NCBI GenBank assembly: GCA_964599845.1
Contig: CAZRHM010000001.1
Coordinates: 1-36,189 of the forward strand
DNA length: 36,189 nucleotides
Source: an uncultured Candidatus Saccharibacteria bacterium
Lineage (GTDB): Bacteria; Patescibacteriota; Dojkabacteria; J137
Direction of reading: 5' to 3'
Numbering within the stretch: the first letter of the stretch is position 1; each line of letters begins with the position of its first letter. Of this stretch, positions 7,834 through 15,491 are shown one piece after another. The notes below the pieces were generated by a model. It searched no databases and was not told the DNA's origin. It saw nothing but the letters and a program-made list of their open reading frames with translations. Both the position numbers and the translations under genes were made by a program.

Positions 7834-9660
7834 ATGTTTCTTCAAGGACTTACGGGCATTCTTATGCGGGTTGAGGAAGATGAAATAACTCGCTATCGTT
7901 TTGAAGTCTGGTTCGATTATACACGCGGGGCCATAAACACTATTGGCGAAGGAACGATGATTGTTGTTCCAAACTTTGCGAGTAGCGACAAAAACGGTTT
8001 CCATTACAGTGTGCTCGAAGTAACTGGACTTTTGCCAATGCATTACGCACTGGGCAGTGATGTGAGTGGCTATCCTGGTTTTGTAGCTGAAGCAGCTCGA
8101 AATGCGGGTTTAGATTGGCTAAGTCAGGAGACAACATCGACCGAAGAAACGACGAAAATTCGTTGTATGGCAATACCTACTAATCTTGAGATTGTTGAAC
8201 CAGACTTAACAATCGAACGTGAGTTGAATCTACCCATGGTGGGACATCCCGTAAACGTGTTAGACACAGAGATGACCGAAAGAGTTGCTAATCTCAATCT
8301 AGACCTGGAGCACGACAGTCTGATTCAAATCGGCAATTTAGTTCGTGACTCAGAGGTTAGAGCGTGGCTCGAAATCGAAGGATTGCTAAAAGTTCATTTT
8401 GGAATATTTGGCTTTACTGGTGCAGGCAAATCCAATCTGTTGAGCACCTTAGTTAGCAAATTACTGTCACAACAAGAAAATCAAGAACAGCCTGTCAAGA
8501 TAGTAATTTTTGACCTGATGGGTGAATATACAGGGCTACTGATTGATCAACTCTATCTTTCGTCCAATTCCTATATTGTTAATCTTGGCGTAGAAACACT
8601 CCCTGAGTCTATTTTAGATTATTATCGTGCTAAGGCAGGCGGAAGTACAAACGGTGGTGAATTACGTACAATGCTTGAAAAGGCTACACTGGATCTCAGT
8701 AAGTCTCTTATCTTGCCCAAAGCACTGAAACAAAGTCAGGACGGGCTCCATTACCCTCTAGCGATTCTCTTGCACCAAAACCGCGTTGTCTTCCTGAGTG
8801 AAAAACATGAAACGGCAGGCAGTGTTATCGCCAATTTCGAATTTTCAGGCAATATGGGCAATTGTGCTACTGAAGTCTATAAGTTTAGACGAGAACTACA
8901 AAAAGAATTTGCTGACTCAGAGATTGATCAGAGTTTGCTCGACCAGCTCGAAAAACGCATCGAAAACTTTAAGAATTACCTGGGTAAAACTATCACACAA
9001 ACCGCAATAAAGAATCTTGACACCCTTTATGGTCAGTTTGAGGGCATTGCTGCACAACCAAGAGCGGAAATCCCTGCAAATGCCCAAATCAGCTTAGGGA
9101 AACTCATCAGCATTCTGAACAATGATGAAAATGCATTGTTGATTGTTCAGTCTGCTGATCCGGATCGTCTTCGTGAGTTTGTCGGCGTGATGTCCAATGT
9201 TGCTTATGATGTACGTCGGCGCGAGGGTCGTATAACTCCCTTAGCATCCTTCATCTTTGACGAAGCTGATGAATACCTCCCACAACAGGCAAATGACAGT
9301 CAGAAACGCAGCAAAGCGGCAATCACTACTTTGGCTCGTCGTGGCAGAAAGTTCGGCTTAGGAATTGGTATAGCAACCCAACGCATCCGTTACTTGGACA
9401 CAAGCATTCTCGCACAACCACACACATACTTCATATCGAAACTTCCAAGGAAGGCTGATCGTGATGCTGTTATGGAGGCTTTTGGCATGTCAGAAGATAT
9501 GTTTAGGCAGACCTTCAAGTTCAGGAAGGGAGACTGGTTACTTGCGAGCTATGATGCCGCAGGTTTAGAGGCGATCCCGATACCGGTACACCTTGAGAAC
9601 GCTGAAGAACGTCTTCTTCGCTTCTTGCGAGAAATTGCAGAGAAAAGAGGTGAGGATTAA
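7834..9660 (+). CDS. HerA/FtsK-type (DUF87) hexameric ATPase
   Basis: Walker A is 'GIFGFTGAGKSNLLS' and Walker B is 'SFIFDEADEYLP'. It also has the HerA-type 'ARRGRKFGLGIGIATQRIRYLDTSILAQ' segment. The true start could be the internal Met in 'MRVEEDE'. Confidence 0.8.
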   Translation: MFLQGLTGILMRVEEDEITRYRFEVWFDYTRGAINTIGEGTMIVVPNFASSDKNGFHYSVLEVTGLLPMHYALGSDVSGYPGFVAEAARNAGLDWLSQETTSTEETTKIRCMAIPTNLEIVEPDLTIERELNLPMVGHPVNVLDTEMTERVANLNLDLEHDSLIQIGNLVRDSEVRAWLEIEGLLKVHFGIFGFTGAGKSNLLSTLVSKLLSQQENQEQPVKIVIFDLMGEYTGLLIDQLYLSSNSYIVNLGVETLPESILDYYRAKAGGSTNGGELRTMLEKATLDLSKSLILPKALKQSQDGLHYPLAILLHQNRVVFLSEKHETAGSVIANFEFSGNMGNCATEVYKFRRELQKEFADSEIDQSLLDQLEKRIENFKNYLGKTITQTAIKNLDTLYGQFEGIAAQPRAEIPANAQISLGKLISILNNDENALLIVQSADPDRLREFVGVMSNVAYDVRRREGRITPLASFIFDEADEYLPQQANDSQKRSKAAITTLARRGRKFGLGIGIATQRIRYLDTSILAQPHTYFISKLPRKADRDAVMEAFGMSEDMFRQTFKFRKGDWLLASYDAAGLEAIPIPVHLENAEERLLRFLREIAEKRGED

Positions 9661-9662
9661 AG

Positions 9663-10115
9663 ATGCTGGTATATGTTGCAGGACCGTTATTTAGTACGCA
9701 TGAAAGACGGTATCTGGAGGAAATTGCTTCTAAATTGGAGGTCAATGGATTTCAGACATTTCTTCCTCACCGTGATGCTGGACTACTAGATGGTGACAAC
9801 AGCATTGATCGCCAAGACTTATTTCAAGCCGACCTCAAAGCACTCAAGCACTGTGAAATAATTGTTGCCCTTCTAACCGGTCCAGATCATGATTCGGGAA
9901 CATGTGCCGAGTTAGGTATTGCTTTCGCTCAGAATAAACTCTGCTTCGGAATCACAGACGATATGCGATGGCTAAACAACATGATCTGGGGTATATGTGA
10001 TCAGGGGAGACGCATTGCAACAAGCCCTGACAAGTTAGTTGCGATGCTTCTAAGCTTCACAAAGACATCTCAGTCAGCAAGTGAAAATGGATTGAACGAT
10101 ACTGCTCGATCATAG
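9663..10115 (+). CDS. Nucleoside 2-deoxyribosyltransferase-like (NDT/Rcl-fold) protein
   Basis: It has 'MLVYVAGPLFS' at the N-terminus and 'IIVALLTGPDHDSGTCAELGIAFAQNK', matching the D-x-G-T-x-x-E-x-G catalytic Glu signature of this family. Confidence 0.7.
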   Translation: MLVYVAGPLFSTHERRYLEEIASKLEVNGFQTFLPHRDAGLLDGDNSIDRQDLFQADLKALKHCEIIVALLTGPDHDSGTCAELGIAFAQNKLCFGITDDMRWLNNMIWGICDQGRRIATSPDKLVAMLLSFTKTSQSASENGLNDTARS

Positions 10116-10762
10116 ACATCAATACCCTCTTGTTGCTTTATGTGTCTAATTACGGTATAGGTGAGGGGTGTTGCAGCAGCTTCATAGACCGATTTAAATA
10201 TCCATTGAGTTAGAATCGCTGAAAGCATGGCACCAGCTGGAGTGGTCCCTACAAATGCTATTGCTATAAATAGCAGAGAGTCCAATCCCTGCCCTACAAT
10301 AGTCGATCCTATCGTTCGTAACCACAGGTAATGCCCTTCAGTAGCAACCTTTAGCCTAGATAAGACAAATGAGTTTGCAAATTCCCCTACCAGAAATGCC
10401 AGAAACGATGCAAAGAGTAGCCGAGGCGTATAGCCAAGAATTGTTTCATAGGCCTCCTGTCCTCCCCAGAAAGATGCGCTCGGTAACGCCTGCCCAACCA
10501 CAATAGCCAGCACGGTTATAAGGTTACATGAAAAAGCCAGCCAGATGATGCGCCTTGCCTGTTTATATCCGTAGACCTCGGTCAGAACATCGCCAACGAT
10601 ATAGCTGATAGGAAATATAACGATTCCTGCTGGGACTATTAGCTCTCCAAACTGCACCAATTTTACAGCTATAATGTTTGCGGTAATTAAGCTCGTGATA
10701 AATAAGCTGACGATGATTACGAACCAGATTGAGTAGCGTTGCTTTTCGACAGTGGTTTTCAA
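10070..10762 (-). CDS. yhhQ: Queuosine-precursor (preQ0/preQ1) transporter, YhhQ/DUF165 family
   Basis: It is a multi-pass membrane protein with 'VIFPISYIVGDVLTEVYGYKQARR', the hallmark of the YhhQ family. Its 3' end overlaps the convergent NDT-like gene by 46 nt. Confidence 0.8.
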   Translation of the reverse strand: MKTTVEKQRYSIWFVIIVSLFITSLITANIIAVKLVQFGELIVPAGIVIFPISYIVGDVLTEVYGYKQARRIIWLAFSCNLITVLAIVVGQALPSASFWGGQEAYETILGYTPRLLFASFLAFLVGEFANSFVLSRLKVATEGHYLWLRTIGSTIVGQGLDSLLFIAIAFVGTTPAGAMLSAILTQWIFKSVYEAAATPLTYTVIRHIKQQEGIDVYDRAVSFNPFSLAD

Positions 10763-10786
10763 GTTTGTTGTCTCCCTTATCCTGGA

Positions 10787-11455
10787 TTACAAATACGGTA
10801 TTGGATCACATAGGCCTAGCTCTTTGAAGGCTGCCAATCGTTCAGCACAGGTAGGGCAGACACCACAAGCTACCTTATCACCCTGGTAACATGACCAAGT
10901 TTGGCTGTAGTCAACATCAAGGTCAAGTCCGACACGCAAAATATCTGCTTTAGAATGCTCTACAAATGGTGCAGAAATCTGCACCGGGTTTTTCCTGTTG
11001 AGCGCATACACTTTATTCAGTTTGTTCAAGAAATCAACTGTCGTGTCCCAATATCCATACATATCCTGACGTTGAGCACCGTAGAAAACAGTATCAACCT
11101 GTAAGGTTTCTGCATATGCCACTGCAATTGACAAAAATAGCATATTTCGGTTTGGTACATATGTGGAAGGTTGTGAATCACCTTGAACAGCATCTATGGT
11201 AGGAATGCTTATGTTGGAGTCAGTCAGAGCCGATCTGCTAAGGACATCCCTCAACGATGCCAAATCAATTATACGATGCCTTGTAATTGCGAGCTGTTTT
11301 GCATGATATTCAGCGCATGATATTTCACGATTATGTTTTTGCCCGTAGTTGAAAGTGATTACACTCGGATGCCTACCCCCTTTCTTGACCAAATAATATA
11401 GTAGTGTGACACTATCCAAACCACCACTAACTATTACAATGCAATCGACATCCAT
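10787..11455 (-). CDS. queC: 7-cyano-7-deazaguanine (preQ0) synthase QueC
   Basis: Motifs are the 'VIVSGGLDSVTLL' PP-loop, 'TFNYGQKH', 'YVPNRNMLFLSIA' and the C-terminal zinc cysteines 'CYQGDKVACGVCPTCAER'. The start was moved to ATG 11455 ('MDVDCIVIV'), because the longer ORF would overlap the upstream nuclease gene. Confidence 0.85.
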   Translation of the reverse strand: MDVDCIVIVSGGLDSVTLLYYLVKKGGRHPSVITFNYGQKHNREISCAEYHAKQLAITRHRIIDLASLRDVLSRSALTDSNISIPTIDAVQGDSQPSTYVPNRNMLFLSIAVAYAETLQVDTVFYGAQRQDMYGYWDTTVDFLNKLNKVYALNRKNPVQISAPFVEHSKADILRVGLDLDVDYSQTWSCYQGDKVACGVCPTCAERLAAFKELGLCDPIPYL

Positions 11456-11487
11456 ACTTTTTTCTAGTCTCTTCGTACTGGTGTAGT

Positions 11488-12483
11488 TTATGGGTACCGC
11501 ATCTTGATCTTTTTTGGTGTAGGGCAATTCCACCGCAGATCACAGATATTGCAGTCCTGATCACTGATTGCGCCTGGTTTTGCAGGAGGAAAGTAATCCT
11601 GCAAGCGAGCCAACTCAATGTCTTCTACCGTTCTAGCAAATGCTTCCATTGCCTCATCAATTTCGGGTGTATTCAGTGGCACTTCCATTATCGCATTCAC
11701 AGGTCTTTGCTGCGGTGGCCTATCTCCATCCAGTTCATTAATGAAGTACAGTATTGCACGCTTCGGACGGACACCATGTTTCCACTCATAAAGCCTCGAA
11801 TACACTTGCATCTGAAAACGATATGTTTCTATATCGCGAGGCTTTAAGTTAAGAGGGTCCACACCTTTGTAGTCCCAAATCTCACAATCAGAATACTGAT
11901 TCGATTCTGTTTCAGGATTTACCAGCAAGTCCACAACCCCTTGAACAATGTGGTCTCCCCTATCAGCCTGTAAGCGATGCTCCGTATCCTGTACACGAGG
12001 ATATAGCTCGGGCCCCTCAAGAGCATTGAAGTATTGTAACACTCGAACTGCTTTTAGCCTTAGATCTGATGTAATTGCCCTAATTCCCCGGCTTTTTAAG
12101 CCATTTTCGACCTCTATGAAGTATCTTACTATATCGCCTGGTGCATCAGGAACCTTGGTGTCCTTGGTTTCTGCTTCTTTAAGCTCTTCAAAGTATTCTT
12201 GAATAACTTCATCGGCGATAGGTATACAGTTATCTGGGAAATTGCCCTTTGTACTTGCATCAATTAAACCCAAATAGTGTGTGTGGCAACGATCCAGTAC
12301 CTGATGAATGATTTGCCCAAAGTAGAGTTGGGTTTGATGTGCAGGCGCATAGTTGTAAACTCGAAACGCACCGTACTGACGTGAGCAGCGGCGAAAAGCA
12401 ACTATATCTGTAGTCAGGCTATAGCGTCGCTTAACTGGATTTTCTGCGCTTTTAGGAACTTGAAAGTTAAACGGCCCGGTCAT
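11488..12483 (-). CDS. PD-(D/E)xK nuclease, Cas4/RecB/AddB-like with a four-Cys (Fe-S) cluster
   Basis: Motifs are 'FRRCSRQY' (first Cys), 'VDLL...CEIWDYKG' (D...ExK), 'QMQVYSRLY' (QxxxY) and C-terminal 'CNICDLRWNC'. The start was set at ATG 12483, 13 nt after the helicase stop. Confidence 0.75.
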   Translation of the reverse strand: MTGPFNFQVPKSAENPVKRRYSLTTDIVAFRRCSRQYGAFRVYNYAPAHQTQLYFGQIIHQVLDRCHTHYLGLIDASTKGNFPDNCIPIADEVIQEYFEELKEAETKDTKVPDAPGDIVRYFIEVENGLKSRGIRAITSDLRLKAVRVLQYFNALEGPELYPRVQDTEHRLQADRGDHIVQGVVDLLVNPETESNQYSDCEIWDYKGVDPLNLKPRDIETYRFQMQVYSRLYEWKHGVRPKRAILYFINELDGDRPPQQRPVNAIMEVPLNTPEIDEAMEAFARTVEDIELARLQDYFPPAKPGAISDQDCNICDLRWNCPTPKKIKMRYP

Positions 12484-12496
12484 GTGAATTATGCCT

Positions 12497-14683
12497 TTAG
12501 ATAAGTGTCGGTCGGTTAGTCGTTCTTCGGAAGTGAGTCGCATCAGGAATTGCGATATTGTTCGTGATCTGTGACGGCGTAGCAACAATCATCAAACCAT
12601 ATTGTGCGCGTGAATAGGCAACGTAGTACAGTCGGATGTCATCTTCTCGTGCTAGTGTTTCAGGCGGTCGAGTTGTGCGGGCATAGATTTCATCTCGGAA
12701 TGGAGTAAAGTCTCGTTCGATAATTTGCGCTGGACCTACTCGTGGATTGCTTCCAATGTTCACCAAAATGACAAACGGAAATTCTAGCCCTTTAGATTGA
12801 TGGATTGTCATCAAGGGTAAATAGCCTTCTGGCACGATCACATCTTCGTCTTCGTCATCATCAATGCCAGCATTCATGAGATAACTGATAAACGTATAAT
12901 AGAAACGCTCTCTGAAAAGCTCATTCAGATCTGTACCATCTTGATTAACGCGCAAAGTATCCAAATTGAGGCTGTGGTAACTCTCAAACAACCTCGTTAC
13001 TTTCGACAAGCGCATATTGCGCTCAGGATTTTGTTGCCAAGTTGGAAAAGGTTCGAGCGATAACAGACGGTAAAGTATCTCCATTATATTGAGTTGTAGG
13101 AAACGATTAGGATTTTCACGGCAACGATCTATAAGACTATTAGTGCTGAGGGTGATATATTCGGTCAAAGAAGCAAGATCGTAATTGTTATTGTTTTGAA
13201 GATCAATTAAAGTCTGAATCCAGCTTTGAACCGTGGCGGCTAAGTCACGAGTACGAATATTCAGAAAAGTAGAGTTAGGATCAATCACCTGGATGAGACT
13301 TGCCAGCAGTGTTTGTACTTCTTCGCTTTCCATAAATGATTTTGATCGTGGGTTATAGAACGGAATTCCTCGCCGATTAAATTCCTCCATAAAGGGGCCA
13401 GCATTACGTGGTGAATCTTTGGTGCTTCGCATCAAAATAACACATTGGCTGAGGTCCTCGATAACATTGTCTCGAAGATATTCAACGAAGTCAGCTAAAA
13501 CGATACATAAGTCTCCTGCTCTATTGGTTTGTAACCAATTGACTGCTGGATAGTTACCTGTAATTGTGGATGCAGCATTAATTGGCTGCTTATTAGGAGC
13601 ACGGACTCCGGCAACTCGCATTTCGGGCGAACTTGCAATGTAAGCATTAAAGAAATCTACGATTTGCTCATGTGAACGATAATTCTTATCTAATTGAATC
13701 ACGTGTGGGGTAACACTGAATTCTGCCTGCATGGCCTGATCGAAGTTTACCATGCAAGCTACTGATCCACCTCGGAAACGATACAGCGCTTGATCATCAT
13801 CACCGACAACAGTAATGTTATGAGGTTTATTCCGAGCCAGCGCGAGATAGATACTTTCTTGTATCGGATTTGTATCTTGATATTCATCAACCAAAATATA
13901 GCGTAATGGTTGATTACGTTCTCCATCACCTTCAATAAATCGTTGGCTTGCGTCACTCTGAATGAATTCCAGGAACCGTTGCTGTAAATGAGCGAAGTCA
14001 CAACGATAGTTATCCCTTAGTGCTTGTTCGTATTGTTGGTAGAAATCCGCCAATGTTGCCCAATGTCCACCAGCAGCACGCATCACATGAAGGTTTACAC
14101 GATCCTCAACGATATGATTGAAGAGAATCATTGCTGCATTTGTTCTGCTCCAGCGACTTGGTGTCCAACCGGAATTACGAGACCACATGGGAATAGCATA
14201 TTCAAATTCTGCCCAGAACGAGTTGTCATCATGCTGCGCTATTTCGGCGTGTCGATATGTAAAAAGACTCTGTTCGACAGATTCAAGCAGACGCACATTT
14301 TGATAATCAGGATAACGATAATCATGCATGATATCGTTGCAAAGACTATGAATAGTGCCAACCCGTAAATCCGCGAGGTCAATTTCACGAAGAGATTGAT
14401 CAGCTTTTTGCAGCAAGACCATGTATGTGGCAAGACGATCTTCAAGATTGAGTGCTGCCTTTTTTGTAAAGGTTGTGACCATTATAGACTCAGGAGGGAT
14501 GCCATCGACACAAATTAGTTTCAACGTGCGAGTTACCAATACTTCCGTCTTACCTGAGCCAGGACCGGCCAAAAGCCAGAGCGGTCCCTCTCCGTAGTTG
14601 ACGGCTGCGAGCTGTTCGTCATTCAGGGGATATCCTCTTGCGGCATCTGTCATCAGACAATTGTGAAACGATATTAAGTCCAT
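12497..14683 (-). CDS. UvrD/Rep/PcrA-family SF1 helicase
   Basis: Motifs are 'LLAGPGSGKTEVLV' (motif I), 'ILVDEYQDTNPIQ' (II), 'VVGDDDQALYRFRGG' (III), 'NYRS', 'MTIHQSKGLEFP' and 'LYYVAYSRAQ'. Confidence 0.85.
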   Translation of the reverse strand: MDLISFHNCLMTDAARGYPLNDEQLAAVNYGEGPLWLLAGPGSGKTEVLVTRTLKLICVDGIPPESIMVTTFTKKAALNLEDRLATYMVLLQKADQSLREIDLADLRVGTIHSLCNDIMHDYRYPDYQNVRLLESVEQSLFTYRHAEIAQHDDNSFWAEFEYAIPMWSRNSGWTPSRWSRTNAAMILFNHIVEDRVNLHVMRAAGGHWATLADFYQQYEQALRDNYRCDFAHLQQRFLEFIQSDASQRFIEGDGERNQPLRYILVDEYQDTNPIQESIYLALARNKPHNITVVGDDDQALYRFRGGSVACMVNFDQAMQAEFSVTPHVIQLDKNYRSHEQIVDFFNAYIASSPEMRVAGVRAPNKQPINAASTITGNYPAVNWLQTNRAGDLCIVLADFVEYLRDNVIEDLSQCVILMRSTKDSPRNAGPFMEEFNRRGIPFYNPRSKSFMESEEVQTLLASLIQVIDPNSTFLNIRTRDLAATVQSWIQTLIDLQNNNNYDLASLTEYITLSTNSLIDRCRENPNRFLQLNIMEILYRLLSLEPFPTWQQNPERNMRLSKVTRLFESYHSLNLDTLRVNQDGTDLNELFRERFYYTFISYLMNAGIDDDEDEDVIVPEGYLPLMTIHQSKGLEFPFVILVNIGSNPRVGPAQIIERDFTPFRDEIYARTTRPPETLAREDDIRLYYVAYSRAQYGLMIVATPSQITNNIAIPDATHFRRTTNRPTLI

Positions 14684-15011
14684 AATGTGAACACCTAGAT
14701 TTAGTTAAAGTGAGAAGCAACATCTGCCTTGTGTAAACTCTATAAATCAACAAACAGGCAGTAACCGTTATCCCAGTTTTTTGGCCTTATTGCTTGAACA
14801 ACTTTCCAAGAAGGATCATAACATAAAACGCTATCCTCATTCATTGAAGGCACCTATATATCTAATCTTGAGAGGTTAGTTTATAAGTCCACTCTATCTG
14901 AGCATCCACAAGTACTCGGATACTCTCGTCCATCACCACGAGTCGGTTTGGATCGTTCTTTTCACGAGACCACACTATATAGATATATTATCCTACAATC
15001 AGAGATTGAAT

Positions 15012-15044
15012 CTGAAAAACTGCATTTCATTCCTGAAAAACTGC
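15012..15044. repeat. Two copies of the 12-bp direct repeat 'ctgaaaaactgc', with starts 21 bp apart; candidate operator
   Basis: The copies lie at 15012-15023 and 15033-15044, in the AT-rich region ~85-115 bp upstream of the RHH gene. A 21-bp period corresponds to two helical turns. Confidence 0.3.
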
Positions 15045-15128
15045 TGACCATACAGCGAAAAAATACAACCGATAATCCTATCGCGTGCATGATAATTCAG
15101 ATAGAGATAAGCCTACCTGGATTATGTT

Positions 15129-15491
15129 ATGCAGAAAAAATCCGTCCGTCGCAGTCTGTCAATGACTCCCAACATGCGTGATCGATTGGCCCAGTTGGTC
15201 AGCAAGCAATCCCGCGATGTTACCGAAGCCGATCTGATCCGTGAGGCAATACGACAGTATCTGGATGAGCAGGAAGACCTGATCGGCAGTCGCAAACACT
15301 TCCAGAAATCGCTCCGCGAGCGCGTCGACTCTCTCGAGGCAGCATTGTCGTTTCATCTCAACGTGCTCATCTACCTGATCGCCCAGGACGAACACAGGGT
15401 ACGTGAAGCGATCATCGCCGCCAGGCAGGATGGCGATACCCTGCTCGCGCAGATCAAGGCTGTTCGTGAGCTGAAGGATTCCTCCGAATGA
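15129..15491 (+). CDS. Ribbon-helix-helix (CopG/MobC-like) DNA-binding protein; probable relaxosome accessory protein or repressor
   Basis: The N-terminal 'RRSLSMTPNMRDRLAQLVSKQSRDVTEADLIREAIRQYLDE' fits the RHH beta-alpha-alpha pattern. Its stop overlaps the start of the relaxase-like gene (ATGA). Confidence 0.6.
   Translation: MQKKSVRRSLSMTPNMRDRLAQLVSKQSRDVTEADLIREAIRQYLDEQEDLIGSRKHFQKSLRERVDSLEAALSFHLNVLIYLIAQDEHRVREAIIAARQDGDTLLAQIKAVRELKDSSE

Larger units (their letters stand above)
3860..15128. other. AT-richer cargo island 1: 7-deazaguanine-associated defence/modification island
   Basis: Composition shifts abruptly at ~3855-3860 and ~15100-15130 (hand counts of 24-28 GC per 60 nt against 39/60 in the backbone). 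All nine genes inside relate to nucleic-acid modification, nuclease or helicase functions. Confidence 0.6.

Noticed and set aside
11456-11533. Longer QueC ORF start (11533); likewise the 12588 start of the nuclease and the 21400 start of res
   Set aside because: The extensions would overlap the preceding gene by 46-105 nt and add non-conserved peptides. The internal ATGs (11455, 12483, 21334) give family-typical N-termini and short gaps or overlaps.
3831-15114. Short 'gataagc' matches near both ends of island 1 (3834-3840, 3918-3924, 15107-15113) as possible att-like direct repeats
   Set aside because: The shared length is only 7 nt, so this is easily chance. No integrase is present to support site-specific insertion.
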